Assembly: GCA_026914245.1 (NCBI GenBank)
Contig: CP110439.1
Span: 868,001 to 932,000, forward strand
Direction: 5' to 3'
DNA from: Puccinia triticina
Lineage: Eukaryota
DNA length: 64,000 nt
Shown: piece by piece, positions 37,103 through 49,850 of the stretch
How positions within the stretch are numbered: the first letter of the stretch is position 1
Layout: every line of letters starts with the position of its first letter
Notes under the pieces: model-generated
Told to the model about the DNA's origin: nothing
Databases searched by the model: none
Seen by the model: the letters and a program-made list of their open reading frames with translations, nothing else
Made by a program: the position numbers and the translations under genes

Positions 37103-40100
37103 AATCTCGTACTCGCGCCACTGGATCAAGAGATTCAACAGCCCGTTTTTCATTCTCTTTCCTCGTCTCACGCTCAAAACAACAATTCACAAAAACACAA
37201 GAAAATCACTCAAAACATCAAAAACATTTCGGCTCTCTCCGGTTGTGGTTCACTCTCCGATTCTGTCTCTTTTCATTCCTTTTCTGGTTTTTCTTCGGGC
37301 TCGAGGGCGGCGGGTTCTCAGGGCATAGTGGAGGATGAGGGTTGTACGCGGAGGAATTGGGGAACAAAAGTAAGTTCCATCCAATTATGCACCTCCGGGC
37401 AAGATGCTCTGTTTTCGAAAACCCTACCACGTGCCACTCTCGTGAGCCACCATTTGGATCCGGTTTCTTCATCCCTTTTAGGCGTCCCGGCGACGTTTTC
37501 GGACCTACTCCGAAAAGAGGGTAAACTATTTTTGTGGAAGGTTGGGTGTGAAGGAGGAGAGGTTGTTTTTGGGGCACCGTGGAGGAACTTTGGACTGAAA
37601 GTAAGTTCCAACCAAAGTGCACCTCCAAGGCGTGATGCTCCTCAAATTTGTCGTACCCTACCGCGTGCCACACTCGTGAGCAAAGGACGTTCTGTTGGTT
37701 TTGCTTTCGCAGAGAAGTCCGCATTCGAGGATTTTGCGGAGCATCGCACCTGGTTCTTGATGGAGCACGGTCTTCGGCTTGCAGAGCAGCGGGCGCTTTT
37801 GGACGCTTGGGCGGAGGGCGGATTTCTGACGTTCGCCACGAAATACAAACCAGTTTCGAAGAAGATACGCCCCGTTAATCAAGCTATGCCACAGGATCTT
37901 AACCCCCCGTTGCGCCGTCCTCCTCTTTCGCGCGATCCATATCGTGGCCTTCAACGCACTCTCGCCGGCCCTTTTGTCCCTCAAGGCCGTGTCACCGAAG
38001 AGAGGCTCAAAGTGGTGAACTTCGGCCCTGATGGCTGGCTTTGGCCCGATGAGCTGAACTTGATCAAAAATGTCTTGGCTGAGCGTAATCTGGCGATAGC
38101 TTTTACTGCGGCGGAGCGCGGCTTGTTGAAGGAGTCATATGGCATGCCTTACATCATCCCGGTTGTGGAGCATGAGCCTTGGCAGAAGAGAAAAATTCCC
38201 ATACCGGCAGCTAAATTGGATGAATATATCATATATCAAAGTTATCCGAGAGCGCATCGACACCGGACTCTATGAGCAATCCACTTCAAGCTACACGTCC
38301 CCGGTATTCTGTGTACTCAAAAGCAATGGAAAGTTGCGAGTCGTGCACGATCTTCAGCCGTTGAATCGGGTAACCATTAAAGACGCGGGAGTGCCTCCAG
38401 CCATGGAGGAGTTCGTCGAATCTTTCGCGGGCCGGGCTTGCTACGGTTTGGGCGACATTATGGGAGGCTACGACGAGCGCGCCCTGGACCCCATTTCCCG
38501 GCCACTTACCACATTTGAGACGCCGCTAGGTCGCTTCCAGCTCACCCGTCTGCCTCAAGGGGCCACTAATTCTGTCGCTGTGTACCAGGCGCAGATGATG
38601 TGGATCCTCCAGGAGGAGATCCCTGATCATGCGGGTATTTTTATTGATGATGGGGGCATTAAGGGCCCGGAGTCCGACTACGGTGGCGAAGTTCTGGCTT
38701 GGCATTCCGGCATCCGGCGCTTCATTTGGGAATATGCAACAGTATTGGAGCGGGTTCTTTTTTGGATTGAGGAAAGCGGACTTACGGTGTCGGCGTCAAA
38801 GCTGGCGGCGTGTGTGCCGGCCCTGGAAATCGTTGGACATGTCGTTTGCAAAGAAGGACGGAAGATGGCCCCAACAAAGATCAATAAAATTCTTTCCTGG
38901 CCGACACCCATCAACGCATCGGAGATTCGTGGGTTTTTGGGAGTCGTGGTTTATGTGCGGATCTTTATCCCCGCGCTGTCGCAAATTTGTCTCCCTCTTC
39001 GACGATTGACACGCAAAGACGCCGAGTGGATTTGGACAGCGGAGTGCGACGCAGCCTTTGAGAAGCTCAAAACAATTGTAGGGAAAGACATAGTTCTCGT
39101 CAAGATCACCTATGGACCGGAGGCAGGCAAAATCAAATTGGCAGTGGACTCTAGCTTTCATGCGGCTGGGGCGGTTCTTACGCAGGAGGATGCTAATGGT
39201 CTAGACCGTCCCGCGCTGTATGAATCCCTCCTTTTCACAGACGTCGAATCCCGCTACTCACAGCCAAAACTTGAATTGTGTGGTGTTGCTCGAATCCTTA
39301 AGAAGTTGCAAACGGTGCTGTGGGGTCAGTTCTTTGAATTACAGGTTGATGCGCACTCTCTGATTGAGATGATCAACGCGCCAAGCTTGCCCAATGCTCC
39401 TATGACGCGTTGGGTGGCTTTCATTCAATTGTTCTCGTTTGAAATCGTTCATCGGCCTGGGAAGTCTTTCACAATGCCGGACGGGTTGTCGCGGCGGCCC
39501 ATGGGAAAAGGGGATGTGGTTCCGGATACCGAGTTTGACGAGGAGGAGCCCCATATCAGGCCGAGAGGATTCTGTTTGGTGGGGGCCGATGGTGGGTATT
39601 CCGGTTATCAGCAAGGGTTCTGGCGGCAGTTGGAGCGGTATTTGTTGGAGCTCAAGATCCCGGAGGACATGAACGCGGAAGATTTTCGGGCACTCAAACG
39701 CAAGTCTGTGGATTTTTTTGTGCATGCAGGAAGGCTCATGAAAAGAGGCTCTCCGTGCCCGCGGATCGTCGTCACTATCGTCGAAAAACAAGATGAAATA
39801 CTGCGGAGCTTGCACGAAAATCTTGGCCATCAAGGCGAAACAGAAACTTACCGGCGCATTGCGGAGCGGTTCTGGTGGCCCGCGTTGAAGAAATCCGTTG
39901 TGCGCTGGTGCAAGAGTTGTGAAGCTTGCCAAAAGCGCGATCTCCGCAGACCAATGGAAGTACGCGGTCCTACGGGCGAGAGCGCGGTTTTTGGACGGGT
40001 GGCTATGGATGTTGTACACGTCAAGGCTGCTGGAGCGCAGTATCTGATCGTGGCTCGCGACGATTTTTCCGGGTGGGTGGAAGCGAAGTTTCTCAACACT

Positions 40101-40868
40101 CTCAGTTCGGAGGGTGTGGCCACGTTTCTCCATGAGCATTGGATCATGCGCTATGGGTTGGCGCGCTCGTATTCAACGGACGGTGGATCGGAATTTGGCG
40201 GTCAGCTCGCGGAGATGTTGCGCTCATTGCCGGGCCAGCATCGCGTATCCACCCCTTATTATCCTGAGGGTCAGGGAATGGTGGAGCGCGGCCATGCTCC
40301 TCTCAAAGCGGCCTTGGTAAAACTCGCCGGCGAAAGCGGGAAACACTGTCGGAGGTATCTTCCACTGGTTCTGTTCGCTGATAGGATCTCAACGAAGCGC
40401 TCGACGGGCTATTCGCCGTACGAGTTGGTTTTTGGTCAGAGGGCCGTGCTTCCTATAGATCTGGAAATGGAATCTTATTTGGGAATCGATTGGGACGAGG
40501 TGCAAGACACGGCAGATCTTCTTACAGCGCGCTCTCGGCAGCTGGAAAGGAGTGAAGAAGTGCGCGATCTGGCGCACCGCAAGATGATGAGAATGCGCGA
40601 AGAGTCGATCAGATACTGGGAAGAGAAGAATGCAGCGCGGCTCCGAACTCCCTTGCAACCTGGCGAAATGGTTCTGGCTTACAATCGAGCGTTGGAGACC
40701 CAGTGGGGCAAATTGTTTGCCAACCGTTGGGCGGGGCCGTTTCGGGTTGTTCAGCAGGTTCACGGCGGTTCCTACGTGCTGGAGGAACTCGATGGGACGC
40801 GTTTGGCGCGCCGGTTTTCAGCTGATCAGGTGAAGAGGTATTTTTCGCGCGGAGGCACAGAGGAGTAA
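37103..40868 (+). pseudogene. Gypsy Pol (RT-RNase H-integrase), frameshifted by a 7-bp duplication
   Basis: LPQGATNS and FIDD RT motifs; RNase H LAVDSS...YSQPKLEL; integrase HHCC and GPY/F; ATATATC-ATATATC at ~38226-38239 joins ORFs 37328-38275 and 38139-40868. Confidence 0.92.
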
Positions 40869-41984
40869 AAGTAAGTCCTCCCAATTGTGCACCTCCGAGG
40901 GTTCTACTACCGCGATTCTTGAAAACTCTACTTCTTGCCACGCTCGTGAGCACCGCGGGCGCGCCTGGTTTCTTTCTCTTTCCTTTTTAGGGCTTGGATT
41001 TTCTTTAGGCACGGGCATTGGACAAGCAGTCTAGGGACAGACTGCAAGTCGTGGGTGGATGTGGTGGACAATCTGGTACACGCGTAGGATCAAGCTTTTT
41101 TCCGCGCATGGCGCGCGCCAGAGGACGTCAGGATTCAAGACATCAAGACTTCAATTTTCCAGCCCTCAAGGCTTCCTCAAGATTCAATGGCGCGGCGTGG
41201 CGCGCATCCTCAAGATGTTTCAGGTTTTCTTTTCCTTCTTTCTTTTTGTTTCTGTTTTTATGTCTTTGTTCCCTTTCTATTTCACTTTCATCATGTTTTG
41301 TTATTTTCCCCTTTCATTCTGCGCGTGTTGGTAGGGCATGAAGGTGTGGGGTTGGTTTTGTTTTTTTTCTTCCTTGGCGAGCGGTTTGTTTCCTTTTTTC
41401 CTTTTTTTTTTAGTTGTGCTGTCTTTGTCGGGTGTGGGTGCGCGCGGAGCATGATGGATGGTCCGCAGCTTGCTGCGCCTCTCTGGAGTCTAAGTTCTGT
41501 TAGAACTTAGGCGAAGGAGGGGGGGGGCATGACCTTTCTGATCCAAGTGAGGGAATCAAAATTTTTCTGATCAATAGCTTGTCGTATTCTTGACCGATCC
41601 TTATCCCTGATTCTTTCAAAGATTGTGGCTGCGACAATATCTTCGGAGTCTCCCAGTTCAATCCTTCCGATCAACTCAGTTCAAACCTTCCTGATCCTTC
41701 GGCGCTCTTTCCCAAAATTGAGTTCTCCGATCTCCTCACAGATTCCTCCCCACCTCCTTGAACTCTCTAAGATCACTTCCTTCTCAGCCAACTGTTTGCT
41801 TGGCTCCATCTTACAACACAACCGCCGACGCGCTCTCACCGCCGTCGTAAAACATTTCAACAACCGCTTTCCGATCTCTACAGCTCATTCGACCATCCCA
41901 CTTCGGAGGGCTAAAATCTCAACTAATTTCCCAATCCCTCCCACTAACTGCCGCCGGCCTGCACCGGACGGAGTTCCACAACGC

Positions 41985-44900
41985 CGTTCATTTGCGAAAC
42001 CTGCAAGCACACTAAGAGCGAACGTTGGCGCCAATCATTACCAGAAGTTATTCCCCGCGAAAACCGTCTCGATCTACTGGTTTCAGATGTCATGGGTCCA
42101 TTCAACCCTGATGTTTCCGGCAATTGTTTTCTTCTCACCATCCGTGATCATGCCATCACATACTCCTTCGTCTACCCCATGAAATCCCGATCAGAAGTAC
42201 CACAAATAATTGTTGCACTAGTAAAAAAGATGGTTACACACTTCAACACGGCACCAAAGTTCATCCGCGCCGACAATGCAAAAGAATACACCGTGAAACC
42301 ACTCTTGGACTATCTTGAGTTGATTGGGTGTCAGCTAATCTTTACATCACCATACACGCCGGAGCAGAATGGGGAGGCTGAAAGATTGAACCAAACTTTG
42401 GGAGACATTGCGCGAACCACACTAGCTCACTCCGAACTCTGGTCGCATGCGTACCGATGCACATGTTATCTAGTTAACCAAATCCCCAATCAATGCTGCA
42501 AGACAACTCCTCTCAAACAGTGGTCCGGCCGACAGCCATGCGCGGACGCATTCTATCCATTTGGTGCAAGGGCCAGTATTCACATTCCAAAAGACAGACG
42601 CCGTAAACTCAATCAGCGCGGCTGGACAGGCTATCTTGTAGGTTATCAAGACGATGAGCGGGTATGGTTTTTCTGGAATCCGATTACTCAGAAGATAATC
42701 AACTCTGAGTGTGCCACATTTCTGGACTTTCAAGGAAAAGTTTTTTTCCCTACTCCCACATCTTTAGCTAACAATCCCATTGCCCGTAGAGTTCTGACAC
42801 TGGGCAAGGAACGCACCAAAGAGATATGCGAGGATCAAGACAATCAACTCGACCTTCTCCAGGCAACACCTGATGCCGAAATTCCAACTACACTAAGAAG
42901 TGCGCTTTGGTCACCGGCGGGCGCTGAATGGAAGAAGGCATGCTTAGCCGAATGGGACCAGCTCACGGACATCAACACTTTCGACATCCTGGATAAAGAG
43001 GACAAGCATTCCATTGGAACGCGGTTTGTCTTCGATATCAAACAAAATGCGGACAACTCAATCAGCAAACTGAAGGCTTGCTTTGTTGTAAGGGGTTTCA
43101 AACAACGTCTCGGAAAGGACGTCCGGTCCACCTTTGCTCCGACCGCTTCACTCTCAACTCTCCAAATTCTCTTGACCTTAGCAATAAGGAATAATTGGCT
43201 CATAAATTCTTTCAATATCACTGGCGCTTTCGTACACAGTCCGATTGAGGAAACAATCTACGTGGATCCGCCTGTAGAATTATTTCCACACCTTGAAGGA
43301 AAGGTTCTCAAACTCAAAAAGGCCTTGTACGGTACTCGACAAGCCAGCCGATGCTGGTGGAAACACTTCAAGAGTCTGCTACATGGATGGGGGTTTGAGT
43401 GTGATGAAGTAGAGGAGTGCTTATATAGGTACAAAAAAGGAAACTCAATCATCATTGTATGGATACAAGTGGATGACGGGATTGTTTTTGGGAACACCAA
43501 GCAAGACATTGAATTGCTTCAACAGAACATGGACAAAAGCCTCAGACTCAAATGGGATACAAGACCCAACAAACTTGTGGGTATTAGAATTGAATACAAA
43601 GATGACACGATCTGCCTCAGCCAACATACGCTTATCAATCAACTTGTGGACAAATACAAACGCAAAGTGAACCCAAATTTAATCACAACTCATACTCCAC
43701 TGACAGGTGATAATCTATCGACATCGTGGGGTGAACCGGTGTCGGCAACACTATATCAGTCCCTGATCGGGTCAATAAATTATTTGGCCTTAGGCACTTG
43801 ACCTGATTTAAGCTTCGCGGTAAACTACCTTGCGAGATTCAGCACAAATCCAAATGAATTGCACTGGGCTGCACTATCCCATCTAGTTCAATACATCTAC
43901 ACGACACAATCTAAAAGACTGGCATTATCGGTGTGGTATGCTTTATGGTTACCCATCTAGCCCATTTCAAAAATTCCTTTTTTTCTCATATGTACCCTCT
44001 CAAATCAACCAATACGGCAACACCACTGGATTCTAAGGCCAAAACTACACAGCACACCATGGACAACACACCTTACACCTCTGGATCAGAAGACACAACC
44101 CCTTCAAGACACCATCAGCCAGTTTCACACACACAAACACCGTACTCAGGTCATGTAATCCGTTACATGAACCACACTTACCCAGGACATGTAATCCGTT
44201 ACCTGGACCACACTGACAGCTTGTCTAAACCTTTACATATACTTTACCGCATCAGCTGCACTCATTTCATTGTGCTATGCACATGTCATGCAGTGTCATG
44301 CAGTGTTATGCACACTTGATGCAGGCTTATGCAGTCTTATGCAGGTGCATGCAGACTAGTGTAATAGGGGCTGCAGTCTGACAGTTGACAGATGACATCA
44401 TGCAGGTGTCAAGATAGCAAAAACCCCTCATGCAGCTTGCAGATGACATCAGTTGACAGGCCAGGTCAGCTAAAATATCTCACCTCCTATTTCTCACTAG
44501 CTGAATTCCCTCATATGACATCATGACCTCATGTGACCTGTCAACCACCAGCCAAAATACCTCATTGTAATATTCAGGGCAGCTAAAACCCCTCATTCTC
44601 TTGTTCCCCTGGAGCTAAAATGTCTCACTCTTTTCTATTTAAGGAGGCTCTCCTCCCCCCAGTTGTAATTTCTCTCAGCAAACTACTTGCACTCAGCTTA
44701 CCCCATAACAGTACAATACTTGCTCACTCTACAGTATTAGCCCACTCTATATTGTGGTTTACACCCTTACATACAAATTACAACCTCATTACAACACTTA
44801 CACATCAGCTACATCACCATAACCCTTAAGCCACCTGCTCAAAGTAGGCTATCTTTTGATACACCTCCACTATCACTACATAAACCTTCCAATCGTAGAT

Positions 44901-45473
44901 TGGGGGGGCTTGTTTTAGTGTCTAGTGACCCAGGAAAGGCAGAGGTAACCTCATTCATCCCTTTCTGCACTCAGAAAAAGGTTCTCAGGAACACTTTTGA
45001 GCTTTACATCGGCAACGGGCAATGAGATGGTAACCTGGGTGGATGCAAATTGGGGAGGCGAGTTTCAACGTTCAACATCCGGTTTCATAATCACACTCTT
45101 TGGATCGCCGGTTGCTTGGGGATCACAACGACAAAAGGTGGTGGCAACCTCGACTTGTGCGGCGGAATTCATATCTCTTGGACAATCGGTCGATTTCCTT
45201 CTTTTCCTTTTACCTATCATCAAATCACTCGACGTGAATCCTAAGATGTCAATCAAATGTGACAACAGAGCGGCAGTATTAATTTCGGACAACAACGCAT
45301 CGAAAGGCCGAATGAAGAGTCTCAAACGCAACTTCTTCTTTGTTAACGACACGGTCCGGGAACATCAAATCGACCTCAATTGGGTTTCAACCGACTCCAA
45401 CATAGCCAATTTCATGACCAAACCCGTCAAGGCGACAATCCACTCAATTTCCATGAAGAAACTGTTCCCTTAA
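41985..45473 (+). pseudogene. Copia integrase, RT and RNase H (interrupted by solo LTR 43932-45008)
   Basis: SDVMGP, PEQNGEAER, LKKALYGTRQA, WIQVDD, DANWGG...STSG, IANFMTKP; stop at 43799 within the conserved TRPDL motif. Confidence 0.92.
43932..45008 (+). mobile_element. Solo LTR (~1.08 kb)
   Basis: TGTGGTATG...GAGCTTTACA; 4-bp TSD TCGG; removing it restores the Copia frame. Confidence 0.9.
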
Positions 45474-46017
45474 ACCTTCTGATCTATCTCTCTCAGTCTT
45501 GTTATTTTCCTCATTTCTCACATTTCCCCCGTTTTTTTCTCAATTTTTTCTTCAAACAATATTGTATTTAGAGGTGTGGAGTTTGAGGGGGGGTGTTGTG
45601 GTGTGGGGTGTGCAAACTCCACATTTGGAGTGTGGAGGTATCAAGAGTTGGGTGAGGAGGAGAAATGAAGACTAAGCATCGATAGCGTCAACACCTTTCA
45701 AAGAGCTTCTGTAACCTCTTTGGCCAGAAGGAATCCCTTCCAGTCAAAGGGGTTCTGTAGCCTCTTCAACTGGAAGGAATCTCTCTGGCCAAAGAGGTTA
45801 CAGGAACTCTTTGACTGGAAGGAATGCCTTCCCAGTCCTTCTGGTTGTTGTGGCAGCCGCCACATGCCCAAAAAAAAGCGGGTACCTGCTCTATTTCTCC
45901 CAGCAACCCAGCATCCGCACCCAAACACGCACAGGCTGGCGGGTACCTGCCAACCCTGGGTGGGTACCCACCAGCAGATAGCAGGTACCTGCAACGGGTT
46001 TGTTGGGGCCATCTCTA

Positions 46018-46424
46018 GCTAAAATCCCTCAAACCCCTGTTCAGGCCAGCTAAAATAACTCAACCAGGAGCCCCCTTGTAGCTAAAATACCTCACATTAA
46101 GGAGCTCTCCCCTCCCCCCAGTTGTCAGCTCCCCAGCTCAGTACTCACCAGTTATTTACATACCACCTTCACCCTTACCATCACCACCATACATCACTAT
46201 AACACTTATATTTGAAAATGGCCACTGAAATCACTCTCAACTCTCACATACCTGTCATAAAACAACTTCATCTGGAGCTAGACCAGACCTATCAGTTGAT
46301 TAAAAGTTACCAAGCTTACCTTGGTGGGTCTTGTTATCTGATAGCAGAAGGGCAGAGTTTTCACCTCCATCATCTCCTTCACCATTCAGCAAAAGGGGTT
46401 TCACAACCATTTTTGAGTCTTACA
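46018..46424 (+). mobile_element. 3' fragment of a solo LTR
   Basis: Ends TTTTGAGTCTTACA; GCTAAAAT motifs shared with the other LTRs. Confidence 0.55.
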
Positions 46425-46975
46425 CAGCAAGAAATAGTCATAAGAGAAACATAGTCATAAGAGAAACATAGCCACAAGAAAACCACAAGCAAACCCTCCA
46501 CAATCACAATCCACACAGAAATGAGTGATAAACCGTAAATATAATAAAAGTAGGAGTCCGTAGAATATATCATAATTCATAGATTGCTTATGAAAGAACC
46601 CCCCCCCCCCCCCCTGCCCCTATATAGAAAGATCTCCACTGCTTTGCCATTGTGGTACACCACAGAGCGCGGTTGACACAGCAACGACGAAATGAATTGC
46701 GCCGGCGCCCCCCCCCCCCCCCCCCCCCAATGCCACCAATTTGCTTTGGTGGCCAAAGTGATGTCTCTACGCGGGAAGCAACCGGCGCTGCCGTTGGCAT
46801 TTCCTTGACGGAGGACCTGCATCAAGGTTTGCCGTTGGCATTTCATTGACGGAGGCCCTGCGTGATGAAAGTGCATTGGCACATCCTTGACGCAAGCCCA
46901 GCGCAACACAAAATGCATTGCGCCGGGCTTGCACAACGCAATGCCTGCGTACTATTTGCACTCGCTTGGCTGGTG

Positions 46976-47228
46976 CAAAAAGTGTCTCAAGCTTGGGCTT
47001 GAACCCAGAGCTCAGATGCCATGTGGTCCAGCAACCAGGGTCGTACTGCCACCGCTAGCACTATGGGGAAATAGGTGCCGTTGCTGCCCGCAGCGTCACC
47101 TGACGTTGCATTTGGGGTCGCGGCCGCAGTGACTGAGCCTACTTGCACAGTCACGCGGGCTTGCAACAACAGGGTGATGCTGCATCCCGCAGCGACAGCT
47201 ACATGCCTGTAGTGTAGACTAAAGACCT
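46976..47228 (-). pseudogene. tRNA-like Pol III unit interrupted by a CACTA MITE
   Basis: After removing the MITE the minus strand reads GGTCTT-TAGTCTAGCGG (A box) ... CTGGGTTCAAGCCCA (B box) ... TTTTT. Confidence 0.55.
47059..47214. mobile_element. 156-bp CACTA MITE, copy 2
   Basis: CACTA...TAGTG; 3-bp TSD TAG; highly similar to 21506-21661. Confidence 0.9.
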
Positions 47229-48074
47229 TCTTGTTAGGTCACCAATTGTGCTAAACTAACCCCCACATTTTCTTGTTCAGTATTCCTGCTGACAACCGTT
47301 TTTCAACATGTTCTCTTTTTTTTTTTTTGAAAAATGGAACTCTCATTACCTTTCTCCTAAAGCAAAAGCATATATAGGACCCTCACTCAAAAAAAAAAAA
47401 AAAAAACCAATCCAATGATTACTTGCCAACCCGGACGGCAAGCCAATCATGACCAATGCTCAACGCGGGCCCAACCAGCCAACGGCGTTGGCTTGCTGCT
47501 GCTGGCAAGCCTCCATTGGCTGGTTCGCCGTGTCAGACGCTCTTCTGACACTCAGTCAGGCCAACGGGGCCGTCAACTTGGCCCAACCCAGCCGTACCGT
47601 TGGCCTGCTCAGCAGGGCTGAAAGGGGTTGGCTGGGTAAAGCCAATGCAGTAACTTTACCCCGCTTTCATGCCAGCGCAATGCACCATTGATGCTGGCTT
47701 GACAGCTGGGTTGGAGGGGTCACACCAATGTCAATCTGACCCATCCCCGGCGTTGACCTGCCTCCGCAGTCAAGTTTGCGGCAGGCAGGTCAAATCTGAC
47801 ATTCCCTTGACCCCGCAGGCGCGCCAACGCAACTTGAAGTTGAGAATCAAGCGGTGGTGTATGCAAAATGGGAAAGAAATCAAAAGTGTTTTTCTCATAT
47901 GTATATTTTTACTCAAAGAAGGCCTCATGGTAAATCCAAACAGACCCAAGAAATAGAATCTACGGCCAAAGTACCCCCTATTCCCCACTGGAAGTGTAAC
48001 CAGAGCCCCACTACACTGCAAGTTAGCCCTTTGGACAACCTTTAGCATCCCATCAAACCACCTGTGGCACTATA

Positions 48075-48605
48075 ATTCTTTGGCTCTTAGCCAAAGAAAA
48101 ATGTGCATTTTTCTTTGGCTAAAAGCCAAAGGGGCGCTAGAGCTGGCCGGGCTGGCGGAGCTGAGTTCATAGGAACCTAGCCACAAAACCTGGGAAGCGC
48201 AATCAATGGTTGTTAGCCTAGTGGTTTGCAGAACCTCCTTACAGAAAGGTTGCTGGTTCAATTCCCACTGCCCCCATGCCCCATTTGGGGGTTAGGGGGC
48301 GGGTTTTTGGGGGTTGGGTTAGGGGTTAGGGCTTCTTTTTTAAAAAAAAAAACTTGGCAAGGTGTACAGTACACTGTATTGGATATGTATTGTATGTATC
48401 GGATACATATCGGGTACGTATTGGTATGTGTTGGTACGTATCGGATACGTATTGGTATTTATTGGTAAGTAGCGGATATGTATTGGTATGTTCCAGCGCC
48501 AGCCAGCGCGCCAGCTGCAGTGGAGCTGGCCCGGCCAGCTCTGCTGTCCTTTGGCTTTTAGCCAAGGAAAAATTCATTATTTTCTTTGGCTAATAGCCAA
48601 AGGAA
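48075..48605. mobile_element. Probable MITE with palindromic subterminal motifs
   Basis: CTTTGGCT-NNN-AGCCAAAG pairs at both ends; internal GTATCGGATAC repeats; TSD not resolved. Confidence 0.45.
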
Positions 48606-48686
48606 AAAAGGGACAAAACTCCATCAAACCCCTGTCACACATCTCAACTCACCTTTCCCTCACTATACACATACACACCCATACGT

Positions 48687-49780
48687 TGTAAAGCTCAAAA
48701 GTGTTCCTGAGAACCTTTTGCTGAGTGCGGAAAGGGATGTATGAGGAAACCTCTGCCTTTCCTGGTTCACTAGACACTAAAACAAGCCCACCAATCTCAG
48801 ATTGGCAGGTTTAATGTAGTGATAGTGGAGTGTTATCAAAAGATGACTGTTGTTATAAAGTGGGTGCAATGAAGTTGCTAAAATGCGTTATGAGTGAGGA
48901 GTCTGGACTTCAACCAGATGATAGTTGGTCAAAGAGGACCCCTCAGAGGTTTGTGTTATGTAATGTGAGTGTTGTGTAGAGTTGCTATTTTGTGTGTAAG
49001 TGTTTTGTAATGTGTGTAAAACCAAAATATAGGGTGACTAATATATTGAGGAGTGAGCAGTTGTGTACTTTGTTATAGGGGAAACTTAGTGCAGGTAGTC
49101 TGCTGGGGGAAAGTTACAACAGGGGAGGAGAGCCTCCTTTTATAGACAACAGTGAGGGATTTTAGCTCCAGAGGAGCTCCACATGAGAGATTTTAGCTAG
49201 ATACATGAGGGTTTTTGGCTAGTACATATGTTGCATGGGTGAATGTGATTGGTCAGGACTGTACAGGTGATTATGGGTTATGACATGCAGGTTGAATCAG
49301 GAGGTTTGATTGGTCAGGACTGTATGTTAGTGTAGTCATGCTGTAACCAGGTCACCTGCTGTTGTTATGCAACAAAAATCCACTAGCGCATGCAGCTATC
49401 ACATGCAGCTAGCACCTGCATGAGTGCCTGCATGTGTACACTGTATGTATGTAAGTGATGATGCAGCTATGTGTAAATATTTATGTAGCTATGTATGTAA
49501 CCGTGTGTGTAAATAAGTGTTGTAAATGTGGATTGTGTAACTGTTTGAGGTTGTAAGGGGTATTGTGAGTGTGTAAGAGTATGTAACTTCTGAGTGAGTG
49601 CCCTTATGAGTGTTCTGTAAGGCAGGACTAGGGGTGAATTTGTCCCTAGAAACTGAATCTTGAGGGATATTAAGTGATTGATAAGAGGAAAAGGGAGATT
49701 AAGAGTGAAAATAATAGAAATAAGAAAGAAAAGCAGAAAATTTTGATTTTGGCATATGGGATACCATAAAGCATACCACA
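48687..49780 (-). mobile_element. Solo LTR
   Basis: TGTAAAGCTC...CATACCACA on +; 4-bp TSD ACGT; inverted copy of 50726-51806. Confidence 0.9.
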
Positions 49781-49850
49781 ACGTCCCCCGCTCCACTCTA
49801 GCTCCACTGCATATATTAGTTTGTATTTGTTTGCCATCCACATTACATCA

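Larger units (their letters stand above)
33717..41980 (+). mobile_element. Ty3/Gypsy LTR retrotransposon, near full-length and young
   Basis: 921-bp LTRs 33717-34637 and 41060-41980 (TGTGG...CCACA; 2 differences seen); 4-bp TSD ACGC; splits the Copia integrase between WHCQLGH and CETC. Confidence 0.97.
31432..45693 (+). mobile_element. Ty1/Copia LTR retrotransposon, interrupted by a Gypsy element and a solo LTR
   Basis: 100-bp LTRs 31432-31531 and 45594-45693 (TGTTG...CAACA, 2 differences); 5-bp TSD CCTTT; PPT GAGGGGGGG. Confidence 0.95.

Noticed and set aside
48288..48332. TTAGGG-like telomeric repeats
   Set aside because: Only about 3 imperfect units inside a probable MITE
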